A stretch of DNA of 64,000 nucleotides from contig MU006017.1 in assembly GCA_010093745.1 (NCBI GenBank), positions 1 through 64,000 on the forward strand, read 5' to 3'. This DNA comes from Piedraia hortae CBS 480.64 (lineage: Eukaryota). The notes below the pieces were generated by a model. It worked only from the letters and a program-made list of their open reading frames with translations. It had not been told where the DNA came from and ran no database searches. Shown one piece after another: positions 37,890 through 48,474 of this stretch (within the stretch, counting starts at the first letter, position 1; the number at the start of each line of letters is the position of its first letter). The position numbers and the translations under genes were made by a program.

Positions 37890-38170
37890 AACGATGGATG
37901 GAGAGTGGAGGTGTGTGTACAAGTCAATACAAGTGTATCTACGAGGGGATAACAGAGACTATATTCTGAGCTGGTAGGCTAGTGCGTAGCCTCGTATGAA
38001 GAGTCATCAATCATATGGCCGTAAGCAAGTTGTCATACACGTAGTAAGACCGTCAGCATGCAGTCTTACTCCATGACTCACCTCAAACTGTATCAGGGCG
38101 CATTCACCATATCGCATGCGACATGACCCTGAGGGAAACCTCTGTAAGGACAAAACATAGGGTGCAGCTG
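37890..38170 (-). repeat. Dispersed repeat copy B, at the 5' flank of the CACTA/Plavaka-like relic
   Basis: The reverse complement matches 1762-1985 (core 66/79 identical). Confidence 0.75.
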
Positions 38171-39004
38171 CTGGTGTAAGAGATCTCGCGCAGTGGCATC
38201 GTACACTAATAGCAACGAGACTTCACGCCAACAGAATTTTCGATTGTGCGCCCCGCCTAGCTAGCGGAGCGCACGGACTAGTGCGGGATGACGTTCTGGA
38301 CCTCACCCACACAAAACTTCTACATATCGTCAGGTTCGACGAAGAACAGATATATAATTGTTTTGATTGGAATAAGTTGAGATTGGAATAAGTCTGTGGA
38401 ATACACAGGATGAAATTGATTCAATACCAAATCCTGGCCGGCCCAGGAGATTGTAACTCCGAGTAGTTCCTACTATCGCTCTTCAAAACCCTTGGGTCAC
38501 ATCACCCCCATTCATGATTACAAAAATGATCGTGGACGAGGTTTTCGGTAGACAAAGGCAAGGAGCTGTAACACTGACTCTTTCCATCGATGACGCATAG
38601 GCCCCTTAAGCCATTCATTACTTAGTAGATTTAGGTGATGAATGACAAGCTAGTAGCGCAAGGTATGCTTGCTTTTGCAGCAATAAGAAAATCTCGAAAT
38701 TACCATGTGTACATCATGTTTCGGGACATTTGCCTTGCAACTGGACTCTTCAATACTTTGATGTTGAGAAATGCGATCTGGAAGTTCCATGCGGGTAGTC
38801 CTGATAGTTGTTGTGGAGGCCTAGAGGAGAGATCGACAAAGATGCTGGATGTACAGGAAATCACTTCTTAAAAGTGGGTATTCTATGTGATAGACAATCA
38901 CAAAAGTCAGCTTCTAGCCCAAAGAAAAGCAAGGGTTATTCGTACAAATCATCTATCCTACACTCACGTTCCGCAAATCATCACCTAGCATACATGTCGC
39001 CCTT

Positions 39005-40888
39005 CTAGTCTTCAGAGTAATTGACCTTTGCTCTTGGCCTGCCTTTTCTTCCCGTTGGCTTAGGCTCCTCTTCCACTTTAACCTCTGCCCCAGCCTCAAT
39101 CTCATCTTCAGCCCCTACTTCAACAGCCTTCTTCCCTTTTGCCTTCTTCGGAGCAGCCTTTTTCTTAACAGGCTGCTGCTGCTCAACCGACTGATCGTCA
39201 CCATGATCGTCTTGTTCAACCTTCTTCTTCGCCCCACCTTTCTTAACAGGTTCAGGCTGCTCTTCGTCGTTGAACATATGTCTCGACACAATCACTTTCC
39301 TTCCCCTGCCCTTCTTCACCGGTGTAGGGCTTCCGTCACTATCCTCTTCCTCTTGAAGAGCACCCTTTCCCTTTCCCTTTCCCATTTTAGGCGTAGGCTT
39401 CCCCTCTCCAGCCTTCTTAGCAACCCTTTTCTTCTTACTCAACCACTCCTCCATGCCCGTGGGCCAGTACACTCTCCCTTCCGGCCCACCAAAATCAACC
39501 TCCCCAAACGGCGTAACCTCGAGCTCTCCTCTCCGATGCGGGACCACATCCGCCAACTTCTCGAAACCAGGCAACTTGAAAGTCTTCATAAGCTCAAAAA
39601 CAGCCTGTTCCTTGTCTTTTGCCTCGATCATGAGATCCATATCAGGATCGCATGGCGGTAGGGTTGCCACACGGGGGGAATGCTTCCTGCGCTGCTTGGG
39701 GGTGATCGCGCCGGGGCAGGGTTCGGAGTAGTGCATTTTCTGGGTGATACCCTTCTTTTCCCAGGTAGCTTTTATGCGAGGGAAGAGGGACATAATGTCC
39801 AGGGTACCTTCACGGAGCTGGGAGGCATCGAAGACAATGTTATGGTGGTGAAAGTCGAGGACGAGTGGGATGTTGAGTTCCTCGCAGACGGGAAGGAGGT
39901 CGTGGACAGACCAGATAACATCGTCGTTCTCCAGGACCAGGCGGTTCTTGATGCTGGGGGAGAGGCGGGCGTAGTTTGTGCGGAAGCGCGCCAGAGTCTC
40001 GGCTTTGCCTTCGAACATGCCGCCCATGTGCATGATCATCACAGCGTCTTTGTCGAGCTGGTCGGGGAGTTTGAGGAGGCTCAGCAGCTCGTCGTGGTAT
40101 TCGAGATCTCTAATTGCGTTGTCAACGACTACTTTGCGTGGTGAGCCGAGTTGCGTGAATTGCCCCGGATGCATGGTTACGCGGTGATTTAGTCGGGCGA
40201 TTTCTTGCCCAGCTTCTGCTAGCGCTTCAGAGGCGAAGGGTGTGAGTTTGTAGCCGTATTCGGCGTGGGATGCAAAGGGAAACATCTCAGAGCTTAGCCT
40301 CATGAATTTAATGTTGAAGCGGTCGTTCCAGAGGACCATGCGACAAATGTCCTTTACATTTGCTAAGCAGATGCTCTCCACCCACTTTTGTCCCAAGGAA
40401 ATGTCTGCGGGAGCTTCCTTGTTTGGTTTGTTCTTCGTGGCATGCTCGGGCTGAGACGGGTCCCGTAGAGGGTGGCGGTGGTCGAGGATGGAGGCTATGC
40501 GACAGGTCCGCGAAGAAAACACGGTAGGCTTTGCGGCGCGCAGGAACGTGTTAAGGCAGGCATAGCCAATGCGGCCTTTCCATGGCAAAGGCAGGTATGG
40601 ACTGTTCACTGCCGGAGGACGTGCCGATGACAATCCTTCATCATCTTCTTCCCCGTCAGAGGCAGATAGGGATGCTTCGCGCGTGTATTCCTGGACGGCT
40701 TCATCTGGAGATGCACGTAGAGCAGACGGCGCGTCGATAATGGACGGGTTTGAGTCTGGGTCTTCTATAGGCGTTTTCACCGCCTGCTTTTTGGCAGGCG
40801 CGGCAAGACTGCTGGAGGCTTTGCGCTTGGCGACCATGATGGGATAAATGCGACAGAGAACAAGTCGTCGCGTGGCAAAGGCGACCAT
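39005..40888 (-). CDS. UVE1: UV-damage endonuclease (UvdE/Uve1/MUS-18)
   Basis: Motifs GRIGYACLN, FMRLSSEMFPF, RVTMHPGQF, RLVLENDD, PLVLDFHHH, QKMHYSE, DLMIEAKDKEQAV, then a Lys/Glu-rich tail. In-frame ATGs at 40888 and 40837. Intronless. Confidence 0.96.
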   Translation of the reverse strand: MVAFATRRLVLCRIYPIMVAKRKASSSLAAPAKKQAVKTPIEDPDSNPSIIDAPSALRASPDEAVQEYTREASLSASDGEEDDEGLSSARPPAVNSPYLPLPWKGRIGYACLNTFLRAAKPTVFSSRTCRIASILDHRHPLRDPSQPEHATKNKPNKEAPADISLGQKWVESICLANVKDICRMVLWNDRFNIKFMRLSSEMFPFASHAEYGYKLTPFASEALAEAGQEIARLNHRVTMHPGQFTQLGSPRKVVVDNAIRDLEYHDELLSLLKLPDQLDKDAVMIMHMGGMFEGKAETLARFRTNYARLSPSIKNRLVLENDDVIWSVHDLLPVCEELNIPLVLDFHHHNIVFDASQLREGTLDIMSLFPRIKATWEKKGITQKMHYSEPCPGAITPKQRRKHSPRVATLPPCDPDMDLMIEAKDKEQAVFELMKTFKLPGFEKLADVVPHRRGELEVTPFGEVDFGGPEGRVYWPTGMEEWLSKKKRVAKKAGEGKPTPKMGKGKGKGALQEEEDSDGSPTPVKKGRGRKVIVSRHMFNDEEQPEPVKKGGAKKKVEQDDHGDDQSVEQQQPVKKKAAPKKAKGKKAVEVGAEDEIEAGAEVKVEEEPKPTGRKGRPRAKVNYSED

Positions 40889-41609
40889 CCGCGACGAAGA
40901 CGCGACCGCGACATGTAGAGTGCCATGATGTCATTAATCCATCTGACCTGGCGATCTCGGATCAATCCACGGACAAATTCCGCTGTGCAGGGTCCTCTCT
41001 GATTTGCCCGGAAAGCTCCGCCTTCATTTGACAAAAAAAAAAAAAAAACAATTTCTCACGATTTATTGCCTCGCTCATGCACCGAGAAAGTTCTGCTGAT
41101 CTTTGCACAAAGTCTGCTAGGGTATTTGCAGAAGTTTTCATAAGCCTCGGTGTGGTGTTAGAACGGAGCAATTCACCCAACTTGCTGCGCTCAAGGTCAC
41201 TGAAGGCGAAGCATTGACTGTCCCTAGACTCGCCAAGATCGTTAGAAAATCTCTGAATGCACGACCAGATGAATTCGCTCCTGACCCAAGCAGACACAGA
41301 ATCGAGCACAGCATCGATTTCAGTATACGGCGCCGGACCTGCCTGACCGTGTGGGCAAGCGCACTGGAGCAAGGAAAAGAGCGATGACAATGGAAGCTGA
41401 GGACTCACCACGTCTTCGCTAGATAAAACCTCCATTTTCCACAGCTCAACTGTCGAAATGGCCAACTTCAATCTCCCCACCAATCTCAACCTTCCTGAAG
41501 AGCAGCATTTATCTCTCGCGGCGCTCTTGGATAGCCTACCTCAAGAGTCTCAGGCCGAAATACTCAGTCTCACTGACGCTGAGGTGAGTGATGTTTCAAG
41601 TACCATGTA

Positions 41610-42220
41610 TACCGCAGTTCGTCGTCAGTAGCTCCTCAAGCTTGCGGTTATCGAGAATGAGCAATTCCGTGCTTTGCACGCAATCTTATATCCATATCGA
41701 AAAGGCCGATTAGTTGATGACAATCGTGCAGAGAGAGTAGTGTACAACCAAGAGCACGAAATCTCAAGAATTATCTTGTTGCTGCACCCGAGAAGGCCAG
41801 CCTAACCTCGGACGCCTGGACATCACCGAATACTGTTGTGTCGCCACTGGATCGACAGCCAATGGAACATCCACAGCCGCACGCTGTCCTTGAAGCAGAT
41901 CCGCAGCGCTCATACCGGGGAGAACATGGCTGCCATTGTGATGACCGTGCTGCGAGGATTGAGAAGGTGGCCCGGGTCACAACAGAAAATGCCACTATCA
42001 ATGACATTATGATGGAGTGGCTGAGAAAGGCGAATCCGCTGGCAGGGTGTCAACAAGACCGACTCCCGTTGGGGTTGTATTGCCCGCGCAGCTAATCTGG
42101 CCGTTCGGGATGGATGGAAGGCCTTGGTGTCGCCGATTCCTCTTGCACTTTAGGCGTCTACATACAACATACCCTCGCCATTCGATAATTTGAATAAGCG
42201 AGTGGAAAGCATCATCAACT
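41610..42220 (+). mobile_element. hAT transposase relic, N-terminal catalytic half
   Basis: Collinear, frameshifted fragments VIENEQFRAL, LKNYLVAAPEKASLTSDAWTSPN, HWIDSQWNIHSRTLSLKQIRSAHTGENMA, KVARVTTENATIND, CIARAANLAV. These match the hAT DxWT, HTGE, TDNA and CxxH motifs. Confidence 0.85.
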
Positions 42221-42756
42221 GATGGGCAACGGCCCCTTGCTGTCGTGCCACGTCAGGAAGTATGTTCCCACCGAATGACCTTCATCCCCGTACTGACATA
42301 TAAACAGCCATCTTGGGACGAAAATGACAAGCTCACGAAATTATTCCGGCGAAGGATGAAGTGGGAAGCATTCATGTTCGATTCCCATGAAGACCAGGGT
42401 TGGCCCTTCTAGCTGCACATCGGCGGAGGCTGCCAAGCACCTGGCCATCACCCCAGCCACTTCCGGGGGAAAACTGCATGTTTGGAAGTCTTCTTTGACT
42501 AGCAGAAGCCTGAGAGCTCGGTTGAATGGGAGGTGGAACTGAGGCGAAGGCAGTCAATGCACGTAAGAAGTACCTTGTAACTTCCTCGTTCGGAATTTCA
42601 ATTGTTATAGAAGGTGGTTAAGCCCAGTTTGTCAATCAATAGTTGTATCCCTTGAGTCTCTTGAGAAGTGAGTGCAGCGTAACTCTGCAAATCAACAGCA
42701 TACACCTGTCAAAAAAGCAGGGCATATTGTCTAACAAGAAGGTTATACAACTACAA

Positions 42757-45700
42757 TCACCCAATGACCCCATTCCGTAAAATACTAAGTCTCTTATTCC
42801 AAGACCTTCCTTCCTCTCCCCCGGCGTCCCGCGCCTGCTTATCATCATCCTGTAACCTTAAAAAACTCAATCTCTTCACCAACGACCTTTCCCTCGTCCG
42901 ACTCTCGCTGCGTCGATGTGAGCCTGACCTGCTCCGGAGACCTGAAATCGACGGTCGTTTTCGACCTCGAGGAGGCTCGGTTTCGCGCTCTTCTGTATTT
43001 TCCCCTGGGATGTGGCTGTGGCTGCTGATATGTTGTGTAGAGACGTCTATGAGTGAGGGTTCCTCGATTTCGGGTTGGCCGAGTATTACGCCTGTTTTGG
43101 GGAACAGGATGGCGATTTCGGGCTCGTACGTTGATGTGAATCGCGGGAGGAGCTCGGCTTGTGTTGCGAGATAGGCGGAGCGGCTGTATAGGGATAGGCA
43201 CCGTTTGATTGCGAGGGTGTGGTCGAGCAGGGCGATGTGTAGGGCTTTCCGCATGGGGTCGTATTCGATGGAGTCAGAGGTGGACTTTAAAAGGCCCCGA
43301 TAGCGAGCGACGCTGCTTTCTGAATGGGGATCGACGGAGAACATGAGGTCGTTGGTTAGGATTTCTCGTGCTCCGCTCTCGTCTTCACCCTTGATGATTC
43401 GCCTTTCTAGAGCTAGAAGCTCTTGCGTCTTCCGTGTGGCCCGTTCGATGGCTGCTTGGATGGGGCTTAGAGTGATGGTCTCCATATGCGTGATCTCACT
43501 GCGTCGGAGAAAGACGGGGAACGGCTCGGCTGTGGTATAGATGATCTTCTCTACTTCCTGCTCAGTGAGTGGCACGTTGTGCGCTGGGTGTCGCGTGGTG
43601 ATGGAAAATTTTTGCGGTGCCGACAGCAGTGCGTGCTCTCGAATCGCTTGGGTCACTTTGGTACGCTGATAGACAACATGTTCCAAATCTTTGTTGGGGT
43701 TGACGGCAGACACCTGCAGGAACTGGCCCTCAGCGCCTGGATCGAGTCTACCACGAGCAATCTGCGCTTGCGGATACTGCTGAAGAAGCTTCTCTTCAAA
43801 AGAAGACATTCTATCTTGAGGCAGCCCTTCGTATATAAACTGCTTGTCCCGCAAACTGGTAGAGAATCCAGACCCTTGGAACAAGACACGGAAGTACCTT
43901 GGGTTCCGGGCTTCGCCACGGGCAATTCTTTCGTACACTCCGGCAATGGCCCTCTGACAGCGTGCCAGTTTGGCAAAGTCGAACACGTTGTGCTCATACT
44001 GGGCGGCCAATTCGTGGTAAGTTTCCAGCGCGCGCTGCCAACACTGTCCCCGCTCAAAGTATCGGCACATTTCAAAGTACAGCGCCTCCTTGCGCTCAAA
44101 AGCCGTTTGTGCAGGCATCTTGGGGTCGTTCAGTTCCGTGAGGCTCATAAGCGGGTCCCAAGGGTAGTGGTTGGCATGAAGTCGCAGTGCCAGACCGGCC
44201 TCGGCCAGATAGCCTGCCGCAGCATTGAGTGAGGTGAGACGATGTACGTGGCGGACGTAAGCCTCGTTGCTTTGCACATCCTTTAGAAGCTCCAACAGCT
44301 GCAGCGTTTCCACGATTTGTGAGGCTTCGTCAACCTCGCCATGATGCACCGTGACTAGTCTTCCCAGCAACTCGCTGATCTTGCCCAGCATATCCCCCAC
44401 GGCGACATAAAGATCGTTCCAGCCAGTGTTCTTTAGCGGCCGGAACCGGTTGTACACCTCGGTGACCAGAGCCCCATGGAGGTATGTCTCTGTCACGGGC
44501 TTGGCTCGACAAATTCGATCAAGACAGTCTATTATGGCAGTCTGGATTATGCCCAGATCCTGGTCAATTTCCCAGGTACTGATGATCATCGACCGCAGCA
44601 CCTCGATAGCTACTTCCCGGAGGCTAGCATGCACGCTCAAGCACAATTCCACCACCGGAGGTACAAGTTCGGGCACGAATTGCACCTGATAACCACCCAA
44701 GCGTTCGAATCCATGGAGTTTCACCTCATCTTCCTCTGTCTGCCAGCCGATGGCGCTCCACGTCCGCTGAAGCAGCCTTGCCCCATCTTCGCGCACGTCT
44801 CCAGCGATCTTCCACACTGCACGCCGTTTCTGCTCTGGGAAGCTCTCCAAAGCCATTGTTGGACTGCAAATGACTGCAAAAAGTGTGTCGAAAAAGGTGC
44901 GCCAGATGGGTGTATCAAACTCGATCGCCTCTGCCGCGTTTGGAGCGACAACGTCTGGTAGGGCATCGATGAGTATCGACGAAATACGTTCCAGCGAACG
45001 CATGGCGAAGCGATGGTGGCTGACGTACAAACTCAACCATTTCTTTGGCACGGCCTCGCAGCTCAGTACGCTTTGCCAGAACTTGAGAGCCTGTTCCAAA
45101 ACTGCCGATGTGTCGCCTGGAAAGCTGAGTTTCCCCGGCATAACAAGAGCAGCAGCAATAAGGGCAGAAAGCTCCAGCATTGCCTCGTCTGTGTGCAAAG
45201 CAGATTGAGTTGGTCGAGTCTGAAATGGGAAATTAGATGGGAAAAGAAGACTGAAGCTAGATTTTGGCTCTCTCTTCGCCCGTTGCAGGATGAAATATGA
45301 CTCAATCATAGCCGGAACGTACTGACGAAGCTCGCTGTTCAGCCCGTCCATCTGAGCGACAACCACACTGCAGCATAGTCTGACTTGGTTGCGCCACTGC
45401 TCGGTGACAGCAGCCTCATGGCCCCAATATGGCGACAGCCATTTGACGGTATTGGTCATGAAAGTCTGATGAACTTCTGGCAGTTTGAACACGTCAAGAT
45501 GGCTGTAGTTGAAGATGAGGATGATGCGATAGAGCGCCATCATGCCGTTTGCGTGAGCGCATGCATCGAGCAAATCCGTGGCAATTTCCAGAATCTCGCT
45601 GGGCTTCATGATCGACTGGAGCTCTGGCAGCCAAGTGTGAAAGTGCTGGACCACCAAGGTCTGCGTCCCAAGTAACACGGGCATGGGATTGCGCATCAAC

Positions 45701-48474
45701 GCCATGAGTGCGACAAACAAATTGCCAAGATCTTTGGAGAAAGTGGCATGGCGTTCGTGGGTGGCATTCACCTTTTCCTTCTTTGGAGGTTCTTTTCGTG
45801 TGTCGATGATAAGTTTGAGCATCTGGTCGCCTACTTTGAGCGTTGCCCGCAGTTTGCGTGAATTTCCCGGGTCCATTGGGTTGCTTAGGAGCCGCTGGTA
45901 GGCTCTCATGAGGCACTCACTCGCATACGGCCACTCATGGCGCGTAAGTGCATAGCGGTCAATGACATTGTCCACGTTGAACCGTCGATCTTTAGCGATG
46001 CCAAGAAGAATGACAAAACAGTGAAAGATGAGGCCTTCGTAGCCAGAGCTGTTGGCGTAGTCATGGAGGATCTCAAACAGCGCGGCAAACACATCACTGA
46101 GGAGTTTTACAAGCTCAATCTCGGGAATGAATGGGAACCGCTCGAGCAGCTCCAGAAGCTTAGTGGGTGGTGCATAGCGCCAACGGAGCAGTCCCAGCAA
46201 CGTTGGGTCCTGTGAATACTCTGTGCTGCACAAGAACGTTTGGAGTGAAATTGTCGTCACGTTCACCTGCCCCGACTCGGTTTTGCGCTGCCAAGGCGGC
46301 AGGGATAGATAGGCGCCTTTGCCGTCAACGGTGCTGGATGAATGCTCGTCGTACAGATACAAGACCACCTGGTGACTGCCATCTCGAACAAAAGCTCCAT
46401 TTTCCCAAAAGGGCACCCAAGCCAAGGCAAAGGGGAAGTTGGGTGCATCGGCAATGCTCATCACGATGTGGCAACCGGGCACGTCTTGGGCAGGCACGGA
46501 GAGCTTGATGGTCTGGTTCCACCTTTCGCCCATTTCTACTGCTGTCGTCCTCCAAGCCGTGTGTGCATCGTGGTTGGAGGCTGTGAATATGCAGTCGTTG
46601 ATGCGTTGACCACTGGCATTGCGTACTTCGAGCGTGAGCTGCAGATTTGCCAAGAATTCAGGGCACCGCGAGATGAGAGGGATTGGACCCAGCTTTGAAT
46701 GAGACAAGGCGGCATCAGGAGGGAACACAGGCTCCGTGAGAGTTAGATAGATGTCGCTCCGCTTCTTGCTGGGCACACCCGAAAAGTCCAGCTTGGGTGT
46801 TCTTGGCACTCCAAGGAGCTTGGTGGGTTCACTGCGTACCAAAGCATCGAGATCAGATGATGCAAAGGCCGTTGCATAAACATCAAACCGCTTCACCGCC
46901 GAAACTCTGCTGAAATATCCCGAAGCGCTCCCAGAAAGATCACGAATTACTTCCCAATCTTCGTCGTCGCTGTTACCGTCGTTCATTGCGCTCGGAACCC
47001 ACATCGTCACTGACCGATCACCCTCAGTTTGATCGCGAGCAACCTTGCCAATTTCGAACGCACCAACCCCAACTAGCCGCTTAACTGTTCGGCCCTCTTT
47101 CAGCTCAGTGAATTGTGTTTGGCTTGACTGGTTTCCATCGACCAATTCCACCCTTGAAAAGCTTGACTGTTTTGATAGATCGTGGGAGTCCTTTTTCCTG
47201 GGACCTCCAAAAACACCTCGTCGCCCTCTAACACTACCGTGCTTGATGGTGCCGCTAGAACTGCCCATTCGAGGTCTTGTTGTCGATAGGGAGTTCGCTC
47301 TGGACCGAACTGGTTGTTCAGCATTCAGCTTGAAGACGACATAAAGAGAGTTGGTCCCTGCGCCGATGCCGATATCCTGGGCACTAAGATCTGCAAATAA
47401 ACATTTCGACTGCTCGTGTCTAGAGCTCTCGACCATGGGAAGTGAAATGGCATAGCTCTCGGTAAGTCGACGGAGCGGCTCCCCCGGCTCCTTCGTGCAG
47501 AGATGAAGATAGAGAGTGGCCGGGGGCTCGTAGTCGCAGATGAGCGAGCGAATGTCAACCAGCACATGATACAGCATATGGAGGTCTACAGGAGGCAGTG
47601 GTGACCGTTCGAGGATGCTCATATTTGCTTGCAATTTGGTCATTTCGATCAAAGAGTCATTTGCAGTTAGGATGCGCCCCTTGACCTCGGAGCTGCGCAC
47701 AATCACTTCCTCGCCCATCATCTTGTTGCCCGCAACGAGATTCCACACAGTTTCTTCGCGCAACTTGGCAAGTTCTTTGGCTGTGAGAACATCATGCATC
47801 AGCTGCTTTCGGCTCTGGTCAACGCGCTTTACCAAGTCCTGGATTTTGGAGAGTTGGACGTAGCTTCGTGTGAGGAGGACATTGTGAAGGTGGGCATCAT
47901 GCCACTCGCGCAAACAAGATGCGATTTCGTCTATCAAAGGCTCCTTTGACGAGTTGCTCGTTTCATCTCCTACGCGGAGCAAAGGCACCGGGGCGGGCGG
48001 CTTAGGGGCACCCGCCGGTCGAGGCGGGGCCTCTTTGGACACGAGGCTCTGTCGAGATTGGTTCTTGCTACCAAGACTTACCCTCCGTGATAACGCGCGA
48101 CTCAAGCGCCAGGCGTGCTGGGCCTGAGCTTTCCTTCTCGTCTGCGGATCGTAACTATTCTCTTGCCCGACTCTGGGGCCAATGGGCGCAGTGGATCCCG
48201 CCGCTCCGATGACCTCTCTAACTTGCACGCAGTTCCTAGGAAAAATGCCCGTGTAGATTTGCGCATCTTGTCGTCGGCTGGGCGCGTTTTTAAGCCCTGC
48301 GAGGATCGAGGGAAAACCGACCAGATAACCCCGACACCACTCCCCGTCCTTGCCTCCCTGCTCTACCAGATACAGACAGTCGCCAATCTGCAGAGGCAAA
48401 TCGTCGGGCCCATCGGCCTTGAATGGATATGTACAGATAGCAAAGGCCACTGATGGCAGCGGCTTCCACGGCAT
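42757..48474 (-). CDS. DCK1: DOCK-family Rac/Cdc42 guanine nucleotide exchange factor (SH3, DOCK_N, C2/DHR-1, DHR-2), about 1905 aa
   Basis: Begins MPWKPLPSVAFAICTYPF with an SH3 domain (DLPLQIGD...WCRGY...GIFPRNCV). DHR-1 (RSDIYLTL, WNQTIKL) and DHR-2 (EAGLALRLHA, ERKEALY, PRYFRVLFQG.GF...KQFIYEG, LSPIQAAIE). Intronless. Confidence 0.93.
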   Translation of the reverse strand: MPWKPLPSVAFAICTYPFKADGPDDLPLQIGDCLYLVEQGGKDGEWCRGYLVGFPSILAGLKNAPSRRQDAQIYTGIFPRNCVQVREVIGAAGSTAPIGPRVGQENSYDPQTRRKAQAQHAWRLSRALSRRVSLGSKNQSRQSLVSKEAPPRPAGAPKPPAPVPLLRVGDETSNSSKEPLIDEIASCLREWHDAHLHNVLLTRSYVQLSKIQDLVKRVDQSRKQLMHDVLTAKELAKLREETVWNLVAGNKMMGEEVIVRSSEVKGRILTANDSLIEMTKLQANMSILERSPLPPVDLHMLYHVLVDIRSLICDYEPPATLYLHLCTKEPGEPLRRLTESYAISLPMVESSRHEQSKCLFADLSAQDIGIGAGTNSLYVVFKLNAEQPVRSRANSLSTTRPRMGSSSGTIKHGSVRGRRGVFGGPRKKDSHDLSKQSSFSRVELVDGNQSSQTQFTELKEGRTVKRLVGVGAFEIGKVARDQTEGDRSVTMWVPSAMNDGNSDDEDWEVIRDLSGSASGYFSRVSAVKRFDVYATAFASSDLDALVRSEPTKLLGVPRTPKLDFSGVPSKKRSDIYLTLTEPVFPPDAALSHSKLGPIPLISRCPEFLANLQLTLEVRNASGQRINDCIFTASNHDAHTAWRTTAVEMGERWNQTIKLSVPAQDVPGCHIVMSIADAPNFPFALAWVPFWENGAFVRDGSHQVVLYLYDEHSSSTVDGKGAYLSLPPWQRKTESGQVNVTTISLQTFLCSTEYSQDPTLLGLLRWRYAPPTKLLELLERFPFIPEIELVKLLSDVFAALFEILHDYANSSGYEGLIFHCFVILLGIAKDRRFNVDNVIDRYALTRHEWPYASECLMRAYQRLLSNPMDPGNSRKLRATLKVGDQMLKLIIDTRKEPPKKEKVNATHERHATFSKDLGNLFVALMALMRNPMPVLLGTQTLVVQHFHTWLPELQSIMKPSEILEIATDLLDACAHANGMMALYRIILIFNYSHLDVFKLPEVHQTFMTNTVKWLSPYWGHEAAVTEQWRNQVRLCCSVVVAQMDGLNSELRQYVPAMIESYFILQRAKREPKSSFSLLFPSNFPFQTRPTQSALHTDEAMLELSALIAAALVMPGKLSFPGDTSAVLEQALKFWQSVLSCEAVPKKWLSLYVSHHRFAMRSLERISSILIDALPDVVAPNAAEAIEFDTPIWRTFFDTLFAVICSPTMALESFPEQKRRAVWKIAGDVREDGARLLQRTWSAIGWQTEEDEVKLHGFERLGGYQVQFVPELVPPVVELCLSVHASLREVAIEVLRSMIISTWEIDQDLGIIQTAIIDCLDRICRAKPVTETYLHGALVTEVYNRFRPLKNTGWNDLYVAVGDMLGKISELLGRLVTVHHGEVDEASQIVETLQLLELLKDVQSNEAYVRHVHRLTSLNAAAGYLAEAGLALRLHANHYPWDPLMSLTELNDPKMPAQTAFERKEALYFEMCRYFERGQCWQRALETYHELAAQYEHNVFDFAKLARCQRAIAGVYERIARGEARNPRYFRVLFQGSGFSTSLRDKQFIYEGLPQDRMSSFEEKLLQQYPQAQIARGRLDPGAEGQFLQVSAVNPNKDLEHVVYQRTKVTQAIREHALLSAPQKFSITTRHPAHNVPLTEQEVEKIIYTTAEPFPVFLRRSEITHMETITLSPIQAAIERATRKTQELLALERRIIKGEDESGAREILTNDLMFSVDPHSESSVARYRGLLKSTSDSIEYDPMRKALHIALLDHTLAIKRCLSLYSRSAYLATQAELLPRFTSTYEPEIAILFPKTGVILGQPEIEEPSLIDVSTQHISSHSHIPGENTEERETEPPRGRKRPSISGLRSRSGSHRRSESRTRERSLVKRLSFLRLQDDDKQARDAGGEEGRSWNKRLSILRNGVIG

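Noticed and set aside
20500..39000. Starship-type giant element carrying GH43 and the ZNFX1-like gene
   Set aside because: No tyrosine-recombinase captain ORF or boundary repeats were recognisable.
40962..41489. 175-aa minus-strand ORF upstream of UVE1
   Set aside because: Non-ATG start, reads through a homopolymer run (FFFFF), lies beside a hAT relic and has no recognisable family.
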